Shown here: piece after piece, positions 26,420 to 38,689 of the stretch
Layout: each line of letters starts with the position of its first letter
Position numbering within the stretch: position 1 is the stretch's first letter
Assembly (NCBI GenBank): GCA_013239625.1
Contig: MU053881.1
Coordinates: 16,794,373 to 16,858,372 of the forward strand
Source of the DNA: Lama guanicoe
Taxonomy: Eukaryota
Direction of reading: 5' to 3'
DNA: 64,000 bases
Notes under the pieces: generated by a model
Seen by the model: only the letters and a program-made list of their open reading frames with translations
Databases searched by the model: none
Told to the model about the DNA's origin: nothing
Position numbers and translations under genes: made by a program

Positions 26420-28670
26420 TGAGGTGAGATTCACATGACACAAAATTAACCGGTTAAAAGTGAGCAATCCAGTGGCATTTAGCACATTCACAGTGTGTGC
26501 ACCCCCCACCTCTCTCTTGCTCCAAAACATTTTCATCTTCCCGAAAGCACACTTCCTAGCCCTTAGGGGTCACTCCCCATTTCCTTTCCACCAGCCTCTA
26601 ATCCCTCTCTGTGGACCTACCTATCCTGGACACTTCGTGTAAATGGAGTCATGCAGTGTGTGACTTTTCGCGACTGACTTCTTTCACTCAACGTAAAATT
26701 TTTGAGGTTTTGCAGCACATGCCAATGCTCCAACCCTTTTTATGGCCGAGTAATATTCCATTGTATGAATGGACCACGCTTTGCTTATCCACTCACCCAT
26801 TGATGGACATTTGGGTTGTTTCCACCTTTGGGCTACCATGAATTGTGCTGCTCTGAACATTGGCTTACAGGTATTTGTTCGAGTCCCTGTTTTCAGTTCT
26901 TTTGGGTACAACCCTAGGATCAGAATTGCTGGGTCATGTAGCAGTTCTATGCTAAACTTTATGAGAAACTGCCAAACTGTTTTCTACAGTGGCTGCACCA
27001 TTTCACATTCCCACTAGCAATGCACAAGTGTTTCAATTTCTACTCACCCTCACAGATACCTGTTGTTTATCTTTTTTTAAATTATTGCCTCCTTAATGGG
27101 GGTGAAGTGGTATCCCATTGTGTTTTTAAAAATATCTTTATTTTGTTAAAACATACATAATATTTTATACATAAAAATACATAAAATACACATAAATATA
27201 CATAAAATTTACCATCTAAACCATTTCTAAGTGTACAGATCAGTGGAGTTAAATACATTCACATTGCTGTTCAGCCATCAACACCATCTACCTGCATATT
27301 TCATTCATCTTGTAAAACAGAAAGTCTATACCTCATTTGTTTTTGCGTAGAGGGAAATAACAATTTTTTATTATCAAAAAGAGTTTTTTACATATTTTAT
27401 TGAAGTACGGTCACTTTACAATGTTGTGTCAATTTCTGGTGTGCAGCACAGTACTTCAGTCACATGGGAACATACGTTCGTTCTCATATTCTTCTTCACC
27501 ATAGGTTACTACAAGATACTGGATATGGTTCCCTGTGTTATACAATATAAACTTGTTGTTTATTGGGTTTTGTGAGAATCCTCCTATATTTCGAAATGAG
27601 AGACACTCTGCCAGATTTCAGTAGGTGTTCTGTGCTATTCGATGGGTTTGTAGATGTAATTCTTGGTGTATTTGTGGGAGAAGGTGAGCTGTGAGTCTCT
27701 CCATTCTGCCACCTTGGCTCCACCCCACCAGAAAGAGTTTTGCACATTGTTGTGGTGAAAGTGTACACTTCTTAAACACCAACTCCCGAGTCCCCACTCC
27801 CCCAGTCCCTGACACTCACCATTCTACTTTATGTCTCTATAATTTTGACAACTCTAAGTACTTCGTATACGTGGAAATACACATTATTTGTCTTTTTGTG
27901 ACTGGTATATTTCACTTGGTAGAATATCTTCAAGGTTCATACATGTGTAGTACGGGTCAGAATTTATCCCCTTTTTAAGGCTGAATAATATTCCATTGCA
28001 TGTATATAACACATTTTGCTTATCTATTCATAAGCTCTTGGGTTGCCTCCACATTTTAGCTATTGTAAATAATGCTGCTATGAACATGGGCATAAAAATA
28101 TCCTTTCAGACACTGCTTTCATTTCTTTTGGGCACATACCCAGAAGTGGAATTGCTGGGTCGTATGGTAATTTTATTTTTAATTCTGTTTTCCGCAGTGG
28201 TTGTACCAATTTTCATTCCCACTGACAGTGCACAAGGGTTCTAATTTCTCCATATCCTCACTAATGCTTGTTGTCTGTCTTTTTTTTATTACAGCCACCT
28301 TAATGGGTGTGAAGTGTTATCTCATTGTGGTTTTGACTTGCATTTCCCTAATGAATAATCAGGATGAGTATCTTTTCATGTTCTTAATATTTTCTTTTTT
28401 TTTAATTGAAATATAATCAGTTTACAATGTTGTGTTAATTTCTGGTGTACAGCGTAATGATTCTGTTATACATAAATATATATTCCTTTTCATATTCTTT
28501 TCCATTACAGGCTATTACAAGGTATTGAATATAGTTCTCTGTGCTATACAGTACCCTGTTGTTTATCTATTTTATGTATAGTAGTTTGTATCTGCAAATC
28601 TGGAACTCCCAATTTATCCCTCCACACCCCCACCCCGGTAACCACAAAGTTTTGCTTTCTATGTCTTCCA
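26420..28670 (-). mobile_element. Cluster of nested L1 3' fragments
   Basis: Typical antisense L1 3' sequence (AATATTCCATTGTATG, GATGGACATTTGGGTTGTTTCCA, GGCTGCACCATTTCACATTCCCAC). The minus-strand ORF contains WKQPKCP...HTMEYYSAIK. Confidence 0.85.
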
Positions 28671-31600
28671 TTGTTACTGAGCACCTACTATGTGCCAGGC
28701 CCTGGACCAGCTGAAGAAAGACAGCATCTTGCCCCTGCTCCAGCTCACAGTTGAGCGGAGAAGACAGAAATCCAACAATTGCATAAATAATAAATTTATG
28801 ATCATTTGTGACACGAGCAATAAGAACTTGATGCTAAGAGAGACAATAATGTGTGTCTGATTTGGGGTCAGAGAAAGCTTCACTAAGGGGGTGACAGTGA
28901 CTTGAGCTATGAAGGATGAATGAGAGGTGAGCTGGCCAAAGTGAAGAAGGAACAGTGACTCAGGCCAAAGGAACAGCACATGTGAAGGCAGGAGGCTGGG
29001 AAAGGCATCCCTGGGCACTGTACTCTTGGTGGGGGTCCTGCCCTGCCTCACAGTAAACACAGTCAAAGGCGCTCACATTCAGTGTATTTCTTCCTTTAAA
29101 AAAAAAAGTAGAAAGAATCCTTACATTTTTGTTTTTGAAATTATTTAGGTGCCATGAAAATTACTGCACCGTTTACGTATCTTGCATCCGCAGGAATTCT
29201 TGCAAACAAACTCCTAACGCACAAATCACTTTCCAACGTAATGACGTTTTGCGGGAATGTGAGAGACAACAATGAGTGAAGTTGACATCCTGTTAGTTTA
29301 ATCATCAAACTGTGCGGTTTAAAATTTTTTCTTCCAGGCCTTGGAACATTCTCCGAGACTTCTGGAAAATCTACAGGCGTGACAATGTACTGGCGCCCCC
29401 CAGTGTCCTGGCTGGGAAACACACCCTGCGAGGGTGTAGATCATCTCACGTGGGGATGCAGAAAAATTAACCCACAGCCGCCCAACTCCCCTGACTCTTC
29501 TCTCAGAGTTGTCCCATCTTCACGAAACCCAGACTCTAACTGGGAGGAAGTGTCTTTCTCCTCTGACACAGCATTCCTTTCATGCGCCTCTGCTCTTGCA
29601 CCTGAAGTTTCCTTTCCAATCTTTTATTCATTTAAAAATTTTATTTCTAAATTAGTTTGATTGAAGTATCATCAGTATACAATACACAACACAAATTTAG
29701 AATCTACAGATAGATAACTTTAAAAATACTTTTATTGAACTATAGTCAGTTTACAATATTGTGTCAATTTGAGATTGTTATTCTAAGTGAAGTAAGCCAG
29801 AAAGAGAAAGAAAAATATCGTGTTATCACTTACATGTGTAATCTAAAGAAATAAAACCCAAAACAAATGAACTTATTTACAAAACAGAAACAGACTCTCA
29901 GACATAGAAAACAAACTTACGATTACCAGGAGGGGAAGAGGGTGGGAAGGGATAAATTGGGAGTTAGAGATAAGTTTTGACATACATATACATCCATGAA
30001 ATGATCACTTTTTAAATAATAATTACTTAAAAGAATAATTTTAAGTATATAAAATATAAAATTAAAGTAATTGCAAATTTACAGAAGAGTTGCAAGAATG
30101 TTACACAGAACTCCTCTGCATCCTTTTCCCAGTTTCACCAATTGTTAACCTTTCTTCCCCCACATTTTAAAATTGCTCCATCTCTTTTTAGATATATATA
30201 TATACACACACATACATACATACATATATATGTATATATATATTTTTTCTCCCTGAACCACATGAGGGTAAGTTTCAGACACGATGCCCCTTCACCCCTA
30301 CCTACTTTTACTGTGTATTTCCTAAGAACAAGGTTCTCTTTAAAACAGTGGTAAATCGATCAAGTCCAAACAATTAACCACTGACACAATTTTATTGTCT
30401 AATAGATATTCAGATTCCATTGTCTCTCAATTGTCCCCTAAATGTCTATAATTTACAGCAATATTCTTTTCTCTGATCCAAGATCTAGTCCAGGACCAGG
30501 GGCATTGAGTTGTTATGTTTCTTTTGTCTCCTTTCATCTGAACCAATTTCTCAGCTTTTCTTGGTCTTTCATGACATTGAACATTTAAAAAATATGTTTA
30601 ATTTATTATTATAAAACCTGCTAGTGGATATAAACATTAAGAGAGTTTTACAATGAGCCTTAATATGCCTATCATCACCCAAATTCAACAGATCTCAATA
30701 TTTTGATTACACTTGGGTCCATCTGGATAATTCAGGATAATTTCCTTATTTTAACATCAGCTGGTTATCAAACTTAATTCCATCTGCAACCTTAATTCCT
30801 CTTTGTCATGTAACTGAACGTATTCACAGGCTCTGGGGATTATAATGTGGACATCTTGGGTGGGGGACATTATTCTTCTTATCCAAGACACAGAGACTCA
30901 ATAGATTCTGATACCAGGGTTGTTTTTGTTTTTGTTTTAATTTCCAAAGTCACGCCCTATTCTAAAAGAATGTCTAAAGGGAGTTCTCTGAACACAAAGA
31001 AAAATGCACGCTGTATATACGTGCATGCTGCACACGTGTATTCACAGAGATAAATCTAGATCAAGAGTACCTCGTCTGAGTACTCTCATCAAAGGGTACC
31101 AATCCCACAGAACAAGAGTGAAAAAGTATAAAAGTGCCATAAGTCGTTGAGGTAGATGCTGCAAGGTCTTTGCAATGAAAATCATGCAAATTTTTACAGC
31201 CAGGATTCCCAAGATTCCTCAGGGCATCAATTCTTATTTTAATTATGATTCTAACAATCATAGTTCTCTTAAACGATCTATTGCTGTTCCCGGAGCTTCA
31301 GTCTCCAAGTTTGTAAAATAAATATATTTGTATAAAAGCTCCGAAGTTAGAGATAAGATGTAACAGTCCCCAACACTGCACAGCACACATAAAAGACAAT
31401 AAATAATAGCATTATCATGATGGTTATCGTTACCTGCTTCCCCAGCCCAGAGAAAAGAAAATAGCAGATTTGAAAATGAGTAAACAAACAAATGATTTTT
31501 AAGGAAACTTAGACTATCAAAAATAAAGAACTTGGCAAGAATAATATGTGACTTGTGAATTTGGATCTTGATTTTTGCTTCCCCAAGACTTCCAAGCTGC

Positions 31601-32838
31601 CAGGCAGTGAATCTGGTTACATAGAGGCTGTGTCCTTACCTTCCACCTTCCTTGAATCATTTCTCATCAGGAAAATGGGAATAAGATTTATGGGAATTAC
31701 TGAGACAACATCAGACAGAAAAAGATTCCGAATTGGTAGTTACACAGAAGCCAACTGTGTTGTTAAACACAGGTGACATTATTATTATCCTGGCCTCAAA
31801 AATAGGTGCTCAGGAAACGCCATTTGATGGATGAATCTTAAGCAGATCATCCAAATAGAAAAATTCATCATTCAACATTTAAAAAAATTTGACCACAAAA
31901 AGCAAGAGAGGTTTATAGGAGCCCCTTAGCTTATTAGTATATATACCAAAGTATATCTATTATCTCTCTCTCTGTCTATCTATCTCTCTGATGCTTAGCA
32001 ATTATATAGCAGTTTAACTTTGCAAAGTATTTTTGTATCCCTTATCACAACATTATTTTACCATTTATTGTGAAATATAGTGCAAATAAAAATAGATTAA
32101 TATATACGTACACTCAGTGGATAGTTACATAATGAACGTTCACTTATCTGTAACCCAGGCACAGCAGAGCATGCTTGTCAGACCCAGAAGCCCCACATGC
32201 GCCTCTCTCATCCCATGGGTTAATTCTTCAGAGTTACCTATTACTTTCAAATTCTGATAATCATTCACTGATTTTCTTTACTGTTTTCGACCCTGTATAC
32301 GTCCGTAAACAACGTAGCTTATTTTTGCTGTTAAAAACTCTATTGAAGTATAATATACATAAAATGCTCTTAATTAATAACTTTAAAGCAAATTGCAGAC
32401 ACTATTAGAAATTTCCTGATAACATCCAAAGTCCAAATTGATAAAACAGGACAAATCTCTACATTGGCCCTCATTTTAATTATATATTTTGATGAGTTTG
32501 GCGTGGAACTTCCACCACAATCAAGATACAGAACGTTTCCATCACCTTGGAAAAGTTCCCAGTGGGTTGCTTCTGGGTCTTTTCAGGTTTTCACCCCATT
32601 GGGCTAAAACCAAGTCTGCAGAGGACGCTCGATGTCCACTGTCTTTGTGCCCAGGTTCCTTCTCCCAACTTATTAATCGATCATCTAGAGATCTGGGGCC
32701 CCACACGATCTCCAGGAAGGAAGAGAAATGTTAGAAGGCCGAGGAAGCGCGGTGGGAGCTGTTTCCTTCCAAGGGCTGGGTGGAGTCGCCTGGAGTAACT
32801 CTGCAGGGTGCCATCACGGAGCTGAGTGCTCTGCGGCC

Positions 32839-32917
32839 ATGGCTGAAGCCAGGGACTACAAAGCCAGGGGGTGCACAACACTGAGGGCCAAACTTTCCCC
32901 GAAGCCAGGGGACACTG
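32839..32917 (+). CDS. C-type lectin exon 1 (cytoplasmic tail)
   Basis: gccATGG Kozak context, MAEARDYKARGCTTLRAKLSPKPGDT, donor G|GTGAGT, phase 1 matching exon 2. Confidence 0.7.
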
Positions 32918-33267
32918 GTGAGTCAGGAGCGGGGACCAGGGGCCCTTTTCCTTGCTAACAAGGGCTGGGTGCTGGGTTGCGCCAACACCCTAACCGAAGA
33001 TCAGAGGAAGAGAAAGCTCAGAGTTCAAACTCGAGGCCCTACTTCATCCCCTCAGTCTTCACCCTTGTGACCCCCTCATCCTTGAAGGATGGGCTTCTTT
33101 TTCCAGCCTTTTCTGAGTCTTCAGCATCCGGTGTTTCCAGTAGGGAACCTGGAATACCATGGGGGATATGGCAGATTCCCCCAGCTGGTCTGAGAGTACA
33201 CTTAGCCATCTGAGCGGGAGAGAGTGTACGTCCCTGGGGAGAAGGAGGCTGACCTGGTTTCCCCCAG

Positions 33268-33375
33268 GGCAATGGGGACAGAAGTCCCAGAACAAGACCT
33301 GGAAGTATCTCTGCCTCGTCGTGTCCCTGATCCTGCTTCTCATGGTCATTATCCTCAGTGTGGTTCTGCCCAAAG
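33268..33375 (+). CDS. C-type lectin exon 2 (transmembrane signal-anchor)
   Basis: Acceptor TTTCCCCCAG; GQWGQKSQNKTWKYLCLVVSLILLLMVIILSVVLPK; non-canonical donor AAG|GCAAGG. Confidence 0.8.
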
Positions 33376-33928
33376 GCAAGGCAGCTGGGCCAGCGGGGAC
33401 CGGGTGGCCACTGGGAAGCAGACACACAGCTTCCAACCTGCAGAAGTGGGTCTGCAGAGCTGGCACCGCAGTGGCTGCTCTGTGTCCCTGGGGGGATGAC
33501 AATAGTGACAGAAAGGAGTTGACCTCCCCACCAGCCTCAGAGGCATTGGGGAATCTGCATGGGCCGAAGGAGGAGCACAAGTTGGTCTGAGTCATGGGTG
33601 AGTGTCTTCCCAAAGCTCGTCTCTGAGCTGGGGCTAGAACCCTAGGTTCCCTGCGAAACAGGACAGAGAATTGACTCTGCAGTCAGATACACATGAATTG
33701 CAAGTCTTGCCTTACTGTTCACTAGCTGGTTGCCTTAGACAAGGGCCTTTACCTTTCTGGGTCCAGGGTTTTCCTCATCTTAAAAAAATGGGTGGGGGCA
33801 TTTTAGAACCCCGGTGTGCCTTGCCCCAGGGCTGGGAGAAAACCTTGGTCCCTTGGGTCTGAAGAACAGAGAGAAATCTCAGGGAGGTTCTGGGGGATCC
33901 ACAGCCTTCTGCTTATGCCTCTCCCCAG

Positions 33929-33982
33929 TTGTGAAGATGACACAGCAGTTGCAGGAGGGAGTCACACAACTGAATGAAAAAG
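33929..33982 (+). CDS. C-type lectin exon 3 (neck)
   Basis: Acceptor CTCTCCCCAG, VVKMTQQLQEGVTQLNEK, donor AAG|GTGAGT; 54 nt, phase 1-1. Confidence 0.78.
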
Positions 33983-34078
33983 GTGAGTGCAGGTCATATG
34001 GGTTGGCCCCCTCCCCCCAGCCACATCCCCTCCCTCTGCCAAGACCTTCACCAGCCCTTACACTTCGGGTCTCCCTTG

Positions 34079-34168
34079 TGATACAGGGACTGGCAGACGC
34101 CAGACATGACCGGGACTTCATTCAGGGCGAAATGTTCCGTCAAATGCAGGCTGTGCTGGCTGGCAATG
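34079..34168 (+). CDS. C-type lectin exon 4 (neck)
   Basis: VIQGLADARHDRDFIQGEMFRQMQAVLAGN resembles the recalled CLEC4G neck VTQGLAEAGRGREDVRTELFRALEAV. Donor G|GTAAAG. The 5' boundary is uncertain because TG stands where AG is expected. Confidence 0.72.
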
Positions 34169-34662
34169 GTAAAGGGTGGGGCAGGAGTGGTGGGGAGGGG
34201 GAGGGGCTGTGCAGGAGTGGGTCTCAAGGGGCACCCGGGGATAAAGGTTTCTCAGATCTTTTTAGAAGGTTAGAGTGACATGGTTAGAACATGTCTGTAG
34301 TGGAGGGCTCCCAGAAAAGCAAGACTTTTGAGACAGCCAGATGAGGTCTGGGTTCATGGTCACCTGCAACCTTGTGAGCCTCTCTGAGCCTCAGTTTAAT
34401 CAACTGTAAAATGGGAGAAATTAATAGTATCTTCTTCCAGACTGGCTGTCGGGATCCAAAGCCTCCACTTTTAATCACCACAGCAGTGCGCTGCAAAATG
34501 TTGCTCTTTATCTGCATTTTAGAAGTACCTGGAGAGTTTGCTAAAATGCAGATTCTTGAGTTCCAAATAACTCTATTGGATTCTATTGGAGGGGGTACCC
34601 TTAGTGTTGTATATTTTTAAAACAGAACTTTTGCATGAGTGAAGGAGATGCACTACGTATAA

Positions 34663-35249
34663 AGTTGATTCTCATTATTCACTGTAGCGACCTTTTACAA
34701 AGTTGCCACAAATACTGAATTAGCGAATATTGAATCACTGCTCCTGGGGGAAATCCAGGGTTAGGTTCCTTTGAGCCTTTGGTCATAACACTTTGTCAAC
34801 TGATCAATACATAACCTTATTTCTGTGTGTTTCTGTTTAAATATGTTTAATATATATCATTTCATTAACATTAAACTCACGGCCAATAGCACTATAACTG
34901 ATTGAAACTTAGCGAACACACATGCATTTTCTTTGCAAGGCACATGGCAGCCTTTTTGTGCTTAGGAACATTAGATAGAGCTTCAGCACTATGCTGAGGG
35001 CCTTTTAAAGCAGCGAAGGCACCAAGAAAAAGCAGAAAAATGAGAAAAACACGTTTGTTTACAACATGAGAGTAGGAAAAAGAAGGCAGAGCTTTGCCTT
35101 ATCTTATCTCAGACTCAAACTTTTTGCCATCCCACACATGTCTTCAAATGACTGTGAAAACTTCACAAGAATTGATTTTGGGATTACCAATACATTTCAG
35201 CCAGTAGGTGAATTCACAGATATGGAGTCTACAGACAATGAGGATTAAC
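34663..35249. mobile_element. Tigger-type (TcMar) DNA transposon fossil in lectin intron 4
   Basis: Terminal inverted repeats AGTTGATTCTCATTAT ... ACAATGAGGATTAACT; internal sequence resembles Tigger3. Confidence 0.7.
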
Positions 35250-35908
35250 TCTGTGTGTGTGGATTCACCAAATGAATACAGATGAATTTAGTGAGAATTC
35301 TCCCTCCATCTGCTGAGCCCTCATTGCCAAATTCCCACCTAACCCTCAAGAACCACTGTAATTAGTAATTTTTTGTTATTATTTAAGGGGAGAGTTTGTC
35401 AACCTCTGTATTATTGACATTTGAGACTGGATCATTCTGTGTAGTGGGGGATTGTCCTGCGCCTTGTAGGGTGCTTGGCAGCATCCTTGGCCTTGACCCA
35501 CCCGTTGTGACAACCCTCCACTAGTTGTGACAAACAAAAAATGTCTCCAGATGCTGCCAATTGTCCCTGGTGGAGACCCACTTACTCTCGACAAGTAGAG
35601 AACATCAAGTGTATGTCCCTCTATTTAATATAAAATATATAAAGTGTTCACATTTAGTGTATATTGTTCACACTATTTTTTGAGTCACTTTGCCCCCCTC
35701 CACAATAGCATGTCAATAGCATTTTACTCTTTCCTCTCTAATATGGTCCAGTAATGGGAAGCACCCATTTACTAGGTAGTGAGTCTCCAGTTGTTGGGTG
35801 TATTTAAGTGGTGGCGATCAGGGGTATGAATGGGGGTGGTGGGTGACGTGTCCCTTCACTGGATAGAAAGCCGGGGATGCTGACTCTGCGGATGATTTTT
35901 GCTCACAG

Positions 35909-36057
35909 AGTCCTCCTGCCACTTCTGCGCCCTGGACTGGATCGCCTTTCAGGGCTCCTGCTACTTCTCCTCGGGCAACCTCACCTGGACCCAGGCTAAT
36001 GCTTCCTGTGCCCAGAAGCGAGCTCACCTGGTTATCATCAACAGCCAAGCAGAACAG
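35909..36057 (+). CDS. C-type lectin exon 5 (CTLD part 1)
   Basis: ESSCHFCALDWIAFQGSCYFSSGNLTWTQANASCAQKRAHLVIINSQAEQ, the classic CxxxWxxFxxSCY...W...C...AHLVII...EQ pattern; CAG/GT boundaries. Confidence 0.92.
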
Positions 36058-36921
36058 GTGGGAAAGAGAGAGGCAGGACCTTAGCAGGGTGGAAGAGGAA
36101 TTCTACAATAATTTGGGGGTTCATACCCATGTCCTCTTTGGAATCCAGCACAATACTCCTAGTGTGGTCTTTAAGACTTGCCTCAACCCACCCTCACTGC
36201 TCTGACATGCAGAGAATGGACTCTGTGTACCGTGCTCTTGCCTCCAAGCTCTGATTCACATGGATTCCTCTGCTTGGAGTTCCCTTCCCTTTGCTGTCTC
36301 TATGGGGAACTCTTAGGCACCTATTAAAACCCCAGTACAAATACCCCTTCCTTCACATCCTCTCATGGCATTCATCACAGCCCTTCAGGCTGCATTGTGG
36401 TTGCCAGGCCATCAGTCTGGTGCTGGATCTAAATCTATGGGTCTCCTGGGCCAGGAACAAGGAATGGCCCAAAGTAGGGCATCAGGAATGTCCTTTGATT
36501 TGGGTTTTTAGCCAGAAATGTTCCTGTAGCCTACAGATCAAACCCCCTGCCCTGACATACACTGACATCCTTAAAGGGGACTCTCAAGCAATATTTGCCC
36601 AGTGCTTCTTTCTAGGTGCACATGCCTCGCGCAATTGACTCTTTTGATCTTGGGAATATGCTGGGAGGTGGAGACTCTATTGTTTCCTTTGTATGGGTGG
36701 GGAAAACAAAGGGTGGATGACTTGTCTGAGGCCATACAACATGCACATAGTGGATCTGGAATTCATAGTCAGGATATAAAGTGAGAACTCTGTGTGGCTG
36801 CATCTGTCTGCCTGCCCACCTGAGGGTTCCTCTGCACCTTAGCCCTCCTCCAGCTCCTTGAACCTTCATCCTTTCAGCTCTGATGGAACTCGACTTTGCA
36901 AGTGTGCCTTATCTCATCCAG

Positions 36922-37025
36922 GACTTCCTGACATCAACTGGGCAGGTGACATCCTGGATAGGCCTCTTCCAAGAGGGCCAAGGAGGTGCCCACAGGTGGA
37001 CTGATGGCTCAGCCCCCACCTACAC
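36922..37025 (+). CDS. C-type lectin exon 6 (CTLD part 2, WIGL)
   Basis: Not in the ORF track. Acceptor TCTCATCCAG; DFLTSTGQVTSWIGLFQEGQGGAHRWTDGSAPTY(T); 104 nt, phase 0-2. The donor reads ATGAGT instead of GTGAGT. Confidence 0.88.
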
Positions 37026-37374
37026 ATGAGTCTCCCTGTCTGGGATGCAGATGCTCCTTGCCACCCAAAACAATCTCCCCCCAAGACTGGTAGGGCATTC
37101 AAGGAGTGAGTTTACCACTACGCACGTTATTCTCTTTCATTCATTCATAATTATTTACCTACAGCAGCTCCCAAACCACATGGCTTCCTTTCTATTATAC
37201 CAGCTATTGCTATTCTGTTACTTGAGAAGAATTTTCCCAGCTTAAATGCTTGAGAAACAATGAGTTAAATGCCAACTGATTTCTTTGTTTCAGGGCTTCT
37301 CAGAATCTTGAATATTCTCATATGCAACTTGGGCCTTTTTAGGAGTATAACAATGTAGCACTTTCCAACTATAG

Positions 37375-37805
37375 GAGCTTTCTGTGACTGCTGTAACAAA
37401 GGACCACAAACTGGGTGGTTTAAAACAACAGAAATATTCTTTCACAGTTCTAGTGGCCAGAAGCCCCAGATCAGGGCCACATTCCCTCCAAAGACTCTAG
37501 GGAGGATCCTTTCTTGCCTCTTCCAGCTTCTGGGGGCTCCAGGCGTCCTTTGCTTGTGGTCACATCACTCCAATCTCTGCCTCCATCTTCACATGGCTTT
37601 CTCCCTTGTGTGTCTGTGTCTCCTTTCTGTCCTTACAATGGCACTTGAGATTGGATTTAGGGCTCAGTTAATCCAAAATGATCTGATCTCAAGGTCCTTC
37701 ATTTAATTACAACTGCAAAGATCCTTTTCCCAAATGAGGCCACATTCACAGGTACCAAAGGTTAGGATGTGGGCATATATCTTTCTTGGGGGCAACAATG
37801 AGCCC
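37375..37805. mobile_element. MaLR (MLT1-type) LTR in lectin intron 6
   Basis: CTGCTGTAACAAA..ACCACAAACTGGGTGG.TTAAAACAACAGAAAT start and CACATTCACAGGTACC...GGTTAGGA end, typical of MLT1. Confidence 0.75.
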
Positions 37806-38448
37806 ACTCTACCTTCCTGGCATTTTCCTGCATCCTCACATTCTTTGCCTTTGTTTGTGATGTTTCTCTCTGCTGTCTCACCTTTTCTTGTCTGGCAAAT
37901 GGCTCTGTATGAGTCCAGGCCCAGAGCAGAAGTCATCTCCTTGGTAAACTCATCTGTTGTCTGAATACCTGCTGTATACTATACATGCATCAGTCATCAC
38001 ACCCTCAGAAATACTCCCATTTTGCAAAAGAGGAAAACTGAGGCTCAGAGACATTAAGACAGTTGCCCTGGTCACAAAGATAGCAAGTAGCAGAGCAGGA
38101 ATTTGGACAGAGTCTATCTGGCTTCAGGGTAAATGGACCTCAGAAAAAGGGAGAGGCTAGTGGGATGGGACAGTTAGAGACGGTGGCCAAGAAGCTTGGA
38201 GATCCTCAGCTTCTCTGAAGACCATTGTCTGTTACCACTTCTATTTGAACTTAGTTTCTCCCCTTGAAGGGAGAAAAAAAAAATGGGAAGGGGTTGACCA
38301 GATGGCTACTGTAAGGTGGCTCAATAAATTACTTCTACTTGAAGGGCTACCAGAGCCTCAGGGCCAGACCCTCACTCACAGAGGACAGGGCTGGGGCCTC
38401 CAGGCTCTGGCCTGTCTGCAGAGGGGGTTGGTGGGCATCTCTTTACAG

Positions 38449-38587
38449 CAACTGGGTCTCCAAGGATCTGCACGAAAATGGCACTGCCCCAGCCTGTGTG
38501 ATGATGGTCTACCACGGGCACTGGAGCGACTTCTTTTGTGAATCAGAGTCCCCTGTTTTCATCTGTGAGAAGTGGCAGAGCTGCTGA
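38449..38587 (+). CDS. C-type lectin exon 7 (CTLD part 3, stop)
   Basis: Acceptor CTCTTTACAG; NWVSKDLHENGTAPACVMMVYHGHWSDFFCESESPVFICEKWQSC*, matching the CLEC4G-type CVMM...W.D..C......ICEK...C ending. Confidence 0.92.
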
Positions 38588-38689
38588 CCCAGGCCTCCAC
38601 ACTCCCCAGGACTGATGTAGACCCCTTGCTATATGCATCCTCAGTCCCCCTTTCCTGCCTTTCTCTGGTTCTATGTTCCCAGAGGCAAC

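Larger units (their letters stand above)
32839..38587 (+). other. CLEC4G/LSECtin-like type II C-type lectin gene, 7 coding exons, possibly disabled by splice-site lesions
   Basis: Exons 32839-32917, 33268-33375, 33929-33982, 34079-34168, 35909-36057, 36922-37025 and 38449-38587 sum to 723 nt (240 aa + stop) with consistent phases. Order is cytoplasmic tail, TM, coiled-coil neck, then a three-exon CTLD. Confidence 0.88.
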
